From NCBI RefSeq assembly GCF_009914755.1, contig NC_060940.1: 64,000 bases of DNA; one strand, 5' to 3'. Numbering within the stretch: position 1 is the first letter of the stretch; every line of letters begins with the position of its first letter. This DNA comes from the human T2T-CHM13v2.0 reference genome, Homo sapiens. Below, piece by piece: positions 52,886 to 64,000 of the stretch. The notes beneath the pieces were generated by a model. That model searched no databases. It saw nothing but the letters and a program-made list of their open reading frames with translations, and was not told where the DNA came from. A program made the translations under genes and the position numbers.

Positions 52886-54989
52886 GCAAGATAAAGTAAT
52901 CAGGTGAGTGAGGGGCCTGAAATGCCCTGTCTTTCCTCTCTTCTTCAGCACACAAGGAGGCAGTGTTTTAAACAAAGTAATCACAGGGTTCCAGAGGAGG
53001 CAGGTGGGTGAGAAGAATGAAGGGAGCTCCCGAAATAAGATATGACTACAGAAAAAAAAAAAAAAAAAAAAAAAAGAGGGAGAGAGATGATGACATGATT
53101 GGATCTATGAGACTGTCTATTTTTAGTGGCCTAAAGAAGACTCTCTCCCGTGACCTTGCCAAATTATGATGCAAACACAGTTAATGAAAGCTCTCTCAAG
53201 CTTCTCTTCGAAGTCAGCTCATTACCAGATCATTTCTGCACACTCATCGCCCAAAACCCTGTAACCTCATTAAAGAACTAATCCTAACAGGTTTGACCTG
53301 AAAGTTAGCAGATGGATTTACTTGAACAGTTTTCTGCTTTTCTAGTGGTTTTTCCCGAAGAAACATTAAAGACCAGGTTAGCACTTCTAAGCCATTCGCT
53401 TTAATTTCTTATTGATGTTCTTGTTTTGTCTCTCAGTTAAATGCCACCCATTTTCAGAAATAAGAAAAATGCTCTGAGCAATTAAGAAAGATGCTTGCTT
53501 TCAATGTCATCTTAATTATTTAAATTATAAAAAATAGAAAAAGAACAAAAATAATTCTAATATTGACTAATTTGATGTTTCCCTATGCATGTTTTAAGTA
53601 TTCTCATTTCATTAGGAAAATAGAGCATTAGGCTGACTCCAAACAGAAAAACTCACTTGAAGTAAAGGACCTTGTCGGTATTGCAATTCTTTGCGTAATC
53701 TCATTAAGTTTCACCCATATTGCCAACAAGAAACACTCTTTTACATTCCCATAAAGTTACAATTGCCTTGTTGTAATAGGAGAACGTTTAAGTAAAACAG
53801 AATACATGCTGTGCATGGAATAGCAGGCTTTCCCCAAAGTCACAATGCTGTGACTTATAAAGAAACATGGGAAAATACTTGGGACTATTTCCACATGGTT
53901 CATTATGACGTCAAATCTCGACTCCAATTACAATAATGTAAAAATATTTCTGACTAATTTGAATAGTAGGAGGAAGAAAATAAGGACAATTCGTGAGTCA
54001 GAGTGAATGAATTCTGGGTGAATTCTTTCCTCTCTTCTTTATTTCTGATATGATGGTTAAGGTATTGTCTGTTCTGGAAACACTTTTTAATCTTGTAGTC
54101 ACTTCATGACACATGGAGTACCTCTTTTGCAACATAGACACCTGAGCTGGCCACATCTAAAGTGAGCTTGGGTACAAATACCGATACCTGAGCATCCTCT
54201 TTTTTGTACAGCCAGGAAAAACTACTCTGCCCAGAGATGCCCAAAGAACAAGCCAATTTATTCCAAAATAGAAACGGAAAAATAGTTTTACAATACCAAA
54301 TGACTGAATCATCGAAGTGTCAAATTAAATATTGATACCATCAATTTGAGTCTAAAATACTTTCTTGGGTTAACAGAACCCAGGAAGAAAGGTAAGCAAC
54401 TACCAATCCCATAGCACAAACCTTAGAAGGTTCTCCCTGGAAGCCCCTTTCATTTCACCCAGTTTATTCCTCCAACACACATCAGTTGACCACCAATTGC
54501 ACCATAGGACTGTGCTGGGGACCAGGGACACGGTGATGAACAAGATTAGAACCTTGCCCCTCATGAGCTTGCATTGTATCTAATTTTGGCTGCTCTGACC
54601 TCAAACCTGGATAGAATTTCCCAGGAGAACTCTTGAGATTTGCCATCTGACTCAGAATAAATTAGCCAATAACCCCATCAGCCTGTAGATCAGAGCTGCT
54701 GAGTATAAGTCCAGACCCTGCCACTGTACGATTGTGGCAAATCCCTTTGCACTCAGAGCCTCACTTTCCCCATCTGAACAATCAAGAGGTAAGTAAGTTT
54801 AATATCTTAGAAAGCTAGAAGCTCCGTTATTTTATGGGGCAACAAATTCATTTGTCCCCAGGATATTCAGACACCTCACACTAAACCAAAAGCCACGGAA
54901 CATGGAGAGAACATAGGACACTCCTCATGTCCACAAAAGCAAACACCTATCCAGTAGGAGAGTGAAGGAAGGAATGCAGGGAGCTGGTG

Positions 54990-55235
54990 ACTATAATCTC
55001 CATGGGGCAAGTTTTGGAGTCTGACAATCCAGGGTTCAAATCCTGCCTCTACCCTGTAATTGAACGTGTGACTTCGAGTGAATGGCTCGACTCAACTGTA
55101 CAAGTTTCAGTCTCCACATCTGCAAAGTGGTATCTCTAATGACAAACTCACAGCATTGCCCTGAAGATTAAAGAAGGGGTATACATAAGGCACTTGGCAC
55201 CACCCCACACATGCCATGGGTGAGCAATAAATTTT
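54990..55235 (+). mobile_element. MIR SINE
   Basis: TTTGGAGTCTGACAATCCAGGGTTCAAATCCTGCCTCTACC...CAGTCTCCACATCTGCAAAGTGG. Confidence 0.75.
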
Positions 55236-55949
55236 ACCCAAATTAATGTGAATTAACAGAAATATTATTATGCATTGGAAACCCCTGCTAAGACTGAATC
55301 TTGTTCACTTTCCTAGTGCCAGCACCTGGTATAGGTCAGTCACACAGAAGGTGCTCAGTAAATAAATAAATGTTAACTCTGATTAACTCATACTGATTAG
55401 AAACTCTGATTGGAAAATAGGTACAAATGAATAACTAAAAATAGGAAAAGGAATTGCTTGTTACTTTATAAACACAATTTGTTCAGGGAGAGTATTTTTC
55501 AAAATGCAAGGCAAAATGGTGATGACAAGGTCACAGACTCTGGGAGACGCTGAAAAAAACCAACCTCCCACATGGCTTGTGAGATCAGCAGAGGCAAGAG
55601 CCAAATGCATGAGTCATGCCCAGCAATTCTGAGGCAGGGACCAATCAGAGGTATGTGCTGTCCTCGTCACTGTCCGACTGAACTCTTCATTCATTGAACA
55701 AACAGTTCAAAAGGTCCTTTGAGGAACTCCCTGGTGCCCTTTGGCAGAAGAGTGGCCACAGAGCTGACACCTCGAGCAGAAAATGTGAGAACCTATGCTC
55801 AAGAGAAAGTGGTCCCAGTGGAAAATGAAAGGAGGTCAAGGCAGGGAAACCAGCAAGCCCGTTAACGATTCCATACAATGCCACAGAAGTGTTTTCCAAA
55901 AGCAGAGTCCCCACATAGCAACGGAAAATGCCAGCTTAATTTAGGCAGC

Positions 55950-56720
55950 TGCACAACACACACGCACACACACAAACGCGTGCATACACACATGCATGTA
56001 TAAATATATGCACATACACCCCCATGCGCAAACTCCAAAAAGGGAGAAACGACTCTAAAATAGCAGAGTCCACTTTGAATCACAGTGAACAAACGGTTAT
56101 GATCCATTTATGGTGATGAGTAAGGGGTTACGTAGTGGCTCTCTGTAACTAGGTCAGGCACCAATTGGTAGTCAGCTCCACAGACCCAGGAAGATTTAAT
56201 GAGGAGGGGACCAGACAAAGACAGAAGATGGAAATAGTGCCCCAAGCGCGTGTCCCCAGACACCACAATCTGGCGATGGGATCCAGTCCATGCTATTTCT
56301 CTCAAAGATAGACCGGAACAAACTTTTGGAAACTCCTGACATGCGGATCAACAGTCCAGGCCAAGCCGTTGAGCCATGGCTCTGGCAGCAGCAACCAGGC
56401 TGGAATAAAAACAAACTCTGAATCAAAGGAAGATCGTGACCCGAGCCGAAAGTACAGAAAGAGCAAAGGCATACAGAGGCGGCAGCTGTTACAGCAGGGA
56501 CAAGACATAAATAAAACGGCACTGCCAGCCTCAAGCTTGTGTCCACAAAAGCCAATCCCCTTTGCTGGGATCTATGCGCCACCGTTCCCGTCCCTCGTCC
56601 CTGCTGGGTAGTAGTAACTGGCACCTGCATTCAGGCTGGCAGATGGAGAGGCCAGGCTTATTGATTCCAGTGCCTACTCACTCCACCATCACGAAGGTCA
56701 TGGTGCAGCAGCTAGCCGCC
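55950..56720. promoter_or_regulatory. Candidate enhancer (CpG-retaining; TCF/LEF, HOX/CDX, E-box motifs)
   Basis: About 20 CpGs; ATCAAAG 56422, TCAAAG 56302, CTTTGAA 56073, TTTATGG 56107, CATAAATAAAA 56506, CAGCTG 56483. Confidence 0.4.
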
Positions 56721-57379
56721 GAGGGACTTCCTTGACAGGCAGATTCCAGCCTTGGCAATGCCAGGAGGCACCTTCTCTCTTCAATCTCGGGACACCTCAT
56801 GTGGGGAGACCAAGGGCCACAGGACCGTGAGAGGGCTCAGCCCAGCTTTGTTCTGGACAGACGGAGAGGCGGCTCCTGATCCCTGGCACTGCCAGCAGCC
56901 CTGTGAATGAGCCACTGTGGTAAGACACACACCCACTGCTAATGAGACCCACACAGACACAAGCAAGAAAGACAAGTGCAGTGGTTGCTACAAAACAGGC
57001 AGAGAAGAAGCCAAGTCCGGCAGAGGCAGGATCACATTGTGCCCACCAGGCTCATGGTACCCCCAGCCCACGGCAGGGTCCCAATCCAAAAGGGAGGACC
57101 TCGAACTATTTGTCTTCCCTTGAACTAACAGCATCTTCTTGTCCAATTTTTTTTTTAAATTGGCAGCCAGAATTTTATGGATATTTTTAAAAAGTAAATG
57201 ACATCATCTATCTATTACTCTTATTGTTTTAGGGAGCATTTTTAACTTAAAAACCTAAAGGGGTAGATTTTTCAGAATGGAAACACACTTGGCAGTGAAA
57301 TACTTGTATATTGAAGAAAAGGATGCATGAAATTGCTTTAGAACTTTAAAAACAATTTAAATTTATTTTACACTATTGT

Positions 57380-57640
57380 ATTGTATATTGTAAAGTAGTA
57401 AAGAGTGGGCTCTGGGCAAGTTGCCTGATCCAACTTGTTCTAGTCACTAGCTGGATAGCCTTAAACCAGCTACTCAACCTCTGCATACCTCCATCACCTC
57501 ACTGCTAAAATGGAGATTAGGGTGTGCCTCCCATGTGGGGTTTCCTATAAAAATTAAATAAGTTAATTCATGCAATGCACTCAGCACAGAGCAAGCTCTT
57601 AATAAAGGCTACCTACCTTGATCATTATCATCATCATTAG
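57380..57640 (+). mobile_element. MIR SINE
   Basis: AAGAGTGGGCTCTGG...CTCAACCTCTGCATACCTC...TAAAATGGAG...AATGCACTCAGCACAG. Confidence 0.65.
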
Positions 57641-57901
57641 TGTGATCTATGTTGGCCATTTGAACTGACCTTGCAGAATAAATGCTTAGGTTACAATGCT
57701 ACATTTTTTTGTGTCTAACCACAGTTATTGAAAATCCAATAATATATAAGTATGTGGACCAAAATGGAAACAACTCAATGTAATTTCACTTGCTGAAAAT
57801 TCAGAATATTTAGAGAAAACAAGAAACCTAGACCCCATAAGCTTCCCCTGCCCTCTCCCCCAAAAATCCAGAAGGGAGAAGACTGCAATTGTCCAGTTCC
57901 A

Positions 57902-58219
57902 TTTTTATTTAATTAATTAATTAGTTTATTTTTTTACTTGAGACAGAGTCTCCCTCTTTCACCCAGGCTGGAGTAAAATGGCATGATCTTGGTTCACTAC
58001 AACCTTTGCCTCTGCATGTGATTCTCATGCCTCAGCCTCCCGAGTAGCTGGGATTACAGGTATGAGCCAACACATCCAGCTAACTTTTTATAATTTTAGT
58101 AGAGATGGGGTTTCACCATGTTGGCCAGGCTGGTTTCAAACTCCTGGCCTCAAGTGATCCACCTGCCTTGGCCTCTCGAAGTGCTGGGATGTTATAGGCG
58201 TGAGCCACCACACTTGGCC
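57902..58219 (-). mobile_element. AluS (Sz-like)
   Basis: Antisense Alu ending GGCGTGAGCCACCACACTTGGCC; CTCCTGGCCTCAAGTGATCC. Confidence 0.93.
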
Positions 58220-58326
58220 TTCCTTTTTAATATATTGCTTTTGTTGATTACTGCTTTTTTGGGTACCCTCTTAAATTTTGGACCCTGGGCCAGTGACTCA
58301 CTCATCCCAAACTAGACCTAGCTCTG
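58220..58326. mobile_element. MER91-like hAT-Tip100 end fragment
   Basis: CTTAAATTTTGGACCCTGGGCCAGTGACTCACTCATCCCAAACTAGACCTAGCTCTG. Confidence 0.45.
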
Positions 58327-58353
58327 GGTGGGAGGTAAGTCCTCCTCTTTCTT

Positions 58354-58520
58354 CAGAGTGTGCTTCTGTCACTGTAATGTACAAGTCACTTGGGGACCTT
58401 ATTAAAATGCAGACTCTGCTCCAGCAGGTCTGGGAAAAGGGATGAGGTCCAGGTCCTGCCTAACAAGTGCCCAGGTGATGGTGAGGCCACCACTGGTCCA
58501 CAGACAGCATCAGGAGAAGC
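58354..58520. mobile_element. MER5A-like hAT-Charlie fossil
   Basis: GTCACTTGGGGACCTTATTAAAATGCAGACTCTG...CTAACAAGTGCCCAGGTGATG...TGGTCCACAGAC. Confidence 0.75.
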
Positions 58521-58969
58521 AAGGCCTTGCAGAAAGTAGATGCTTGGAGAATGGAGAGGGGAAGCAAACACCTGAGTTTCATTTGGTTGTCTTTTTGATG
58601 TCATGGTTGTTTTCAGATAACTTGGAAACTCTTTCATTATTCATGGCTGTTGTTAAAGCTGTGGCTAAGTCCTTGGACCCAGAGGCGGGGAACATTTGTT
58701 GTTTTGTTTTGTTCTAAATCAAACAAATAGAATAAAGCAAATACCTATTGACTCCTGGTGACTGCCCTTTGGGGAGTTCATTTAACTTTCAGTCCCTTAT
58801 TCTTTTGAATGGCTACAGAAGCAGGGATAGGAATGCCACAGAGAACAGAGCTGTGCAAAACACCCAGACTCCAAAGGGGACACATTGCTGCTAAAAGTAA
58901 TAAAACAGTGCCAGCTCGATATACCCAAATTAACTGTCTGTCACTGCCCTTCAGTAAAACTGCAGGAAA

Positions 58970-59140
58970 TAGCAAGAGTTCAGAGTTTTGGATTTAAAAA
59001 ACTCAGGGTTCACACCCAGCCTCCATCATTTGGTAGCTGTGCAACCCCCCGGCTTAACTTCTCTGAACCTCAGTTTCTCTACATAGAATGTGATCCTAGT
59101 AGTGCCTGCCTTATAGGATTGTTGCTATAAGATAATTCAT
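58970..59140 (+). mobile_element. MIR SINE
   Basis: CTTAACTTCTCTGAACCTCAGTTTCTCTACATAGAATG. Confidence 0.65.
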
Positions 59141-60369
59141 ATATATATACACACACACAATATGTGAACAATGGCATGACTTTTTCCAAAGTCCCAAGAA
59201 AGCACCCAAGAATTGGAACATTTATGACAAGTTCCTATGGATGTACCCTTGTGTGTAATTTTCCCTATTTCCAAGCCCATATCTTCCCCCAGAATATGTG
59301 TGTGTGCACAGAGAGAGACAAACAGACAGACAGAGATAGAGAAGAGGAGGGGAGAGAGAAGAATAATAAATAAAAACAACTTAACTGAAAGAAAAAGAAA
59401 GAGTTTGAGTAGTGATAAAGACCCACATTCAAAATAGTATTTTCCTCTTTAACTTGTTCCTAATTATTATACAGAACAATGCAAACATTGTAAAAGAAAT
59501 ATTAAATCATCTTACATCCTTAGGTGGAAGAAATGGTTAATATTCTCTATTAAAGTGTATATACTTGGAAATTACCAAACACACAGGCACACACATGCGC
59601 ACATACACACACACACTAGTTCCTCCTGCTGTCTCAAATCTTACACTCTCTAGAACATGGCACTGTGTCCTACACATAGTACACCCTGGCAAACATAAGC
59701 AGGCTGAATTCATGGAAGGAAAGGCTTGCATGGCTGGTCGTCTGCTCATCAGTCCACCATTTGTGGGTGTGCACTGCCAGCCTGGTCTGTCAGCTAGACT
59801 TGGATAGGGAAAAATGGGGGGAAAGTAGGCCTGAAAGGAATGGCTCTCAGTCATGCCTTTAATTGTCACCATGCTGGGGGACAGAATGTCAGACAAGCTT
59901 CTTGTCTCTGAAAGAAACAGAGCCACTCAGGCAGAGGATTAGAGGACTCTGCATGTGGCAGTGGCCTTTCAGACAACACTGTCCTAAAGCCCGTTTCCCT
60001 GTCTCCAAGTGGGATGAGGGGGCTCTCTTCATCAAATCCTACTTACGGGACCATCTGTGTCCCTGACCATGTAAATAGGCCTCTTGACTCTCACTCAAGC
60101 ATTGTTGCAAATTGTCCTCTTCTCCACACTAATGCTCAAGGCTGTGGGACACTGCAAAGAACCCTTCTTCCATTAGGGATTTCTCTGTCTAAGCAGGATT
60201 TATGATGATCCTTTGGCAAGGATCTTTGAATCACTGGCATTCACAGGACAGCCAAAGCATATTTCAGGAGACTCTATTGCTAACAAGCAATACAGCCCTG
60301 AAGATTTATCTCCTCTGATGAAGCAGGCAAATCCTAATGCTCCCAGGATGCCATCCCTAGACAATGTGC

Positions 60370-60560
60370 TATTGCACAGCCAGCGTAGACAATGTGGTAT
60401 TGGATACACCAACTCTCTCCCAAATAGCTGTGTGACCTCAGGGAAGTAGTTAAACCTCTCTTACCAAGTTATCTCATCCATAACATATAAATGATTGTGT
60501 TTTCTTCTTAGGGCTGTCATCAAGATTAAGATGTTGAATGGAATCAAATGCCTGATTTAT
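60370..60560 (+). mobile_element. MIR SINE
   Basis: TAGCTGTGTGACCTCAGGGAAGTAGTTAAACCTCTC. Confidence 0.65.
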
Positions 60561-61174
60561 CTTACACCTGATTTATGGGCAGAGTCTAATACACAGTACC
60601 TATTCTTTTTGAAAAAGGATGTGAGCATGTGTAGGAAGAAGAAGACAGCACTCACTGACTACCTAGAGCTCTGCCTGTGGGAGGGGCTGTGAGCTGCAGT
60701 CCCCGTAGAATGAGATGAGTGCACCTGTGCCTTGAGAGTTTGCCAACAAGCCAGCTCCCTTGAGGTGCAGTAATTGTGTTTCAGCAAGAGGATCCCAAAT
60801 CCTGCCTCACCACTCCGGCACTTGTTAAACTCAAATTTCATTTGTATCTATTCTAGTCAATTTTCTTTGATTTATCTCCCACAAACTCCTCTTCCAATTC
60901 CTGCATCTAAGCTTGAAAGGCATAACTGCCTTTGCTTCTTTGGTTGTTCTTTTCTTTTACAGGGTGATGCCGACAAACCAAAAAAACAAAAACAAAAACA
61001 AAAACAAAAAACCTCCCTCCCTCAGGCTCACTGAGCTGCTCCTCCACCAGCAGCATCCATCAATAACCTCATAGATGTCTCATGGCCTGAAGAAAAGGAG
61101 ACTGGGTGGAGAAAAAGGTGGAAACAAGTGTGGGCTCCCTTTGATCCAGCCCATCCTGGCAGCACATGGTATTT

Positions 61175-61549
61175 TTTTCAATACTTTAAGTCCTGGGATA
61201 CACGTGCAGAACATGCAGGTTTCTTACATAGGTATACACGTGCCATGGTGGTTTGCTGCACCCATCAACCTGTCATCTACACTAGGTATTTCGCCTAATC
61301 CTATCCCTCCCCTAGCCCCCCACCCCCCGACAAGCCCCAGTGTGTGATGTTCCCCTCCCTGTGTCCATATGTTCTCATTGTTAAACTCCCACTTATGAGT
61401 GAGAACATACGGTGCTTGGTTTTCTGTTCCTGTGTTAATTTGCTGAGAATGATGGTTTCCAGCTTAAACCATGTCCCTGCAAGAGACAAGAACTCATCCT
61501 TTTTTATGGCTGCCTAGTATTCCATGGTGTATATGTGCCACATTTTCTT
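61175..61549 (-). mobile_element. Short 5'-truncated L1PA7/L1PA8-like 3' end
   Basis: Antisense L1 3' UTR and ORF2 tail (ORF 61301-61489: TWFKLETIILSKLTQEQKTKHRMFSL); perfect 14-bp TSD AGCACATGGTATTT 61161-61174 and 61550-61563. Confidence 0.95.
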
Positions 61550-61819
61550 AGCACATGGTATTTCTAATCCGAGACACCGAAGCAGGGAGCTTTGATCAAC
61601 CCCATTTTTCTCAGGGGCAACTGAGGCCCAAGAGACTTAGGTAACTTCCTAAAACCCATTGAGGGCATATCAGGAGTATAAAAGACACCCAGAATGGCCT
61701 GACTGGGCATCCCATACACTTTCCACTGCATCTTGTTATTTCCAAGAGAGAAAAAGAAAAATCCTATTAGCTTTCAGTGCTTTTGCAAAGGTCACAAAAT
61801 AGTAAAGATACCTGCATGT

Positions 61820-62000
61820 CTAACTTCTGGCTCTGCCATGCTAACATATGAACACCAGAAAATCACTTGATCTCTCTAGATGTCAGTTTCCTTATTGGAG
61901 GAAAAAAAAGTGAGTATAAGCATCTTTACTGATGATTACATGTGGATAAAATGAGATAATAGTGCTCTGAGCCTGGCATGAGGTAGAAGCTCCTCAATTG
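61820..62000 (+). mobile_element. MIR SINE
   Basis: TTCTGGCTCTGCCA...AATCACTTGATCTCTCTAGATGTCAGTTTCC...AAATGAGATAAT. Confidence 0.6.
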
Positions 62001-64000
62001 TGTGTAGCTTCTTTTCACAGCTGCGTAAAAACAAATCTTATTGTGAGACACATGTGCAGAAGAGTGAAATTGTGATGTAAAGAGAATAACTAATAACCAT
62101 GGAGATGAGTGTATTGCCTAGTCTAACTATAAATGTGAACTCAAATGCAAAAATGCAATGGAAACTGAGAAAAGAGAAAGAAGTTAACAAGTGCTGCATC
62201 ACATCTCACCTGCACAATATCTTACCATGTACCCTGTAGTCAAGACAGTGAAAAGATGAACTATAGGTACCTTATAAGGAAACATACAGGTTTTACAATC
62301 AACACAATATGCTTCACAAGGGAAATGCTTTTAAATTAAATATTACGTCATTACGCAGCTATAGGACTCAGAAGTATCAAGTTTCACAAATATTTGGTGG
62401 AACATATAAAACAAATTAAACATCCTATATTTTGCTATTCTGTTCATCTCTAAGACTTTGCTGCAGCTTACTTTTTCACATCAAAGATAAAGAAGACTCT
62501 TCTCAAATATTTTCCCTTCAATTAATGTTAGCCAGAAATGCATTTGTAGGCTCTCTGTGTCTTAACACCAGAATTGACTTCATTCACAGAAGTGGAAATA
62601 CAGAGACGGGTAAGTTTTCTGAAGTAGAGGGTAGCAATTAGGTTGATCCTCTGATTTGTGAACTATGATCACTTGCTCTAGCAATCCTTACCCTCCCCTA
62701 CTATGCCAAGGTACATTGCCACTGAAAGCAAATAATCGCATCCTCTGTTAATTTTGCAGGATATTTCTTTCATATATTTTGACAATATGGAAAAGTCAAA
62801 GAAACCTCCCTGACACTGAAAGTGAAATTTCAAGAGCTCAATCTGTGATGGTGTCTGGCTATAAGACTTTACAGTATTTTGCCCTCACGCTGCTATTTCC
62901 ATGTGTAGAAAAACAGTTTACAAATCCCTGCTAGTGAATGAATGTGAGTGTGTTTACCGAGCTCAAACGTTCTGCCTTTTGCTTGAGACATGTGATACAT
63001 TCGTGCTTCTGGTGGCATCAGGCATATGTGATATCCCCGTAGTGACAGGAAAGCTTTAGAATTAGCATCAGCGAAGACACTACTTCGTATTATATCATTC
63101 CCCCAATAGCAGTATAGAGAGCCCCCAAAGAAAACCATTGTTTCCCCCATTAAATACATCATTGAATACAATCCCCATCACACTGCAAGAAGCTGATATT
63201 TGCCAGAACTTTCCAGAAACTTCATAGGACAGTGTAACCCATCTCAAAATATAAAGAATTCTAGTCTAATAGACATTTTTTTGATCAATAAGTCATCAAG
63301 CATTTATCAGGTGCTGTTTTCTGCTGAATGAGGCACTAGAAATCACAAGGCAGGTAAGCAATAGAGATTCCTGTGGGAGGCTCCTGGAATCAGGAACCTA
63401 GACAGACTCCAGATCCTCATTTCACAGGGGAGAAAACTGAGGGAACCATGTGCAACTAATGCCATTTGGGGTATTTGGCAGAATGTCAACCAGAACCTGG
63501 GGCTGCTGACTGCCTGGCTGTAAGCAATGTATAATCCAGCTGTTTTTGTCTCCAAGTTTAAAAATAATTTAAAAATAAACACCAATTTGGATGTGAAAAG
63601 TGAAATTACCCCGGCCTAATATGCCTGTGTTGATTCCGAAGCTAAAAGTGGCCTGAGTCATTAGCAAGGTCCACTTCATGAATTTTGACAAAGCCTTTCA
63701 TATGCAAGGCATTGCAAACCCATTCAGGAAGAAACTATTGATGAGCATGTCCTATGAACCAGGTGTGAGGGACACAATGGCATATACAACAGAGCTCCTC
63801 TCTGCACAAAGTTTGCAATCTAAGTAGTGACTACTAGTAGACAGATGGGACGGAACACTTGCTACAGGGCGGCTGACCAAGAAAACCTCTATGACAGATC
63901 TATTTAAGGGCAGAAAGCCTTGAAGCACAAAAAGGAGTTGAGGGGAAATATTATTTTTAAATGCATTTTTTTCTATCATGGTTTGCTTTGCATTTTATTA

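Noticed and set aside
52264-52984. Longest ORFs in the track (219, 219, 190, 123, 111 aa)
   Set aside because: Artefacts of the stop-poor GA-rich tract; translations are pure low complexity (P/S/L/F or E/G/R/K).

Overview
Primate (most likely human or other hominoid) non-coding DNA, intronic or intergenic. It is AT-rich and CpG-poor, with dense Alu (J and S), L1, L2, MIR, MaLR/ERV and hAT DNA-transposon fossils. No host protein-coding gene is recognisable. The ORF track is explained by chance ORFs, Alu and L1 ORF2 remnants, and low-complexity sequence. The clearest large structure is a complete but coding-dead 7.4-kb two-LTR MER41-family provirus on the minus strand (1262-8678). It keeps a 4-bp TSD, PBS, PPT, splice donors and differentially retained STAT/IRF motifs. 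Other items: a strong isolated minus-strand candidate exon (38461-38585), a short U2 snRNA retro-fragment, a close inverted Alu pair, a fold-back rearrangement inside an L1PB, a three-hairpin cluster, and several repeat-free blocks with clustered TF motifs that look like enhancers (best: SOX cluster at 44.1-44.55 kb). I found no convincing previously undescribed biological system; the findings are candidates to test. Repeat subfamily names come from recalled consensus sequences, and boundaries of old repeats are approximate.
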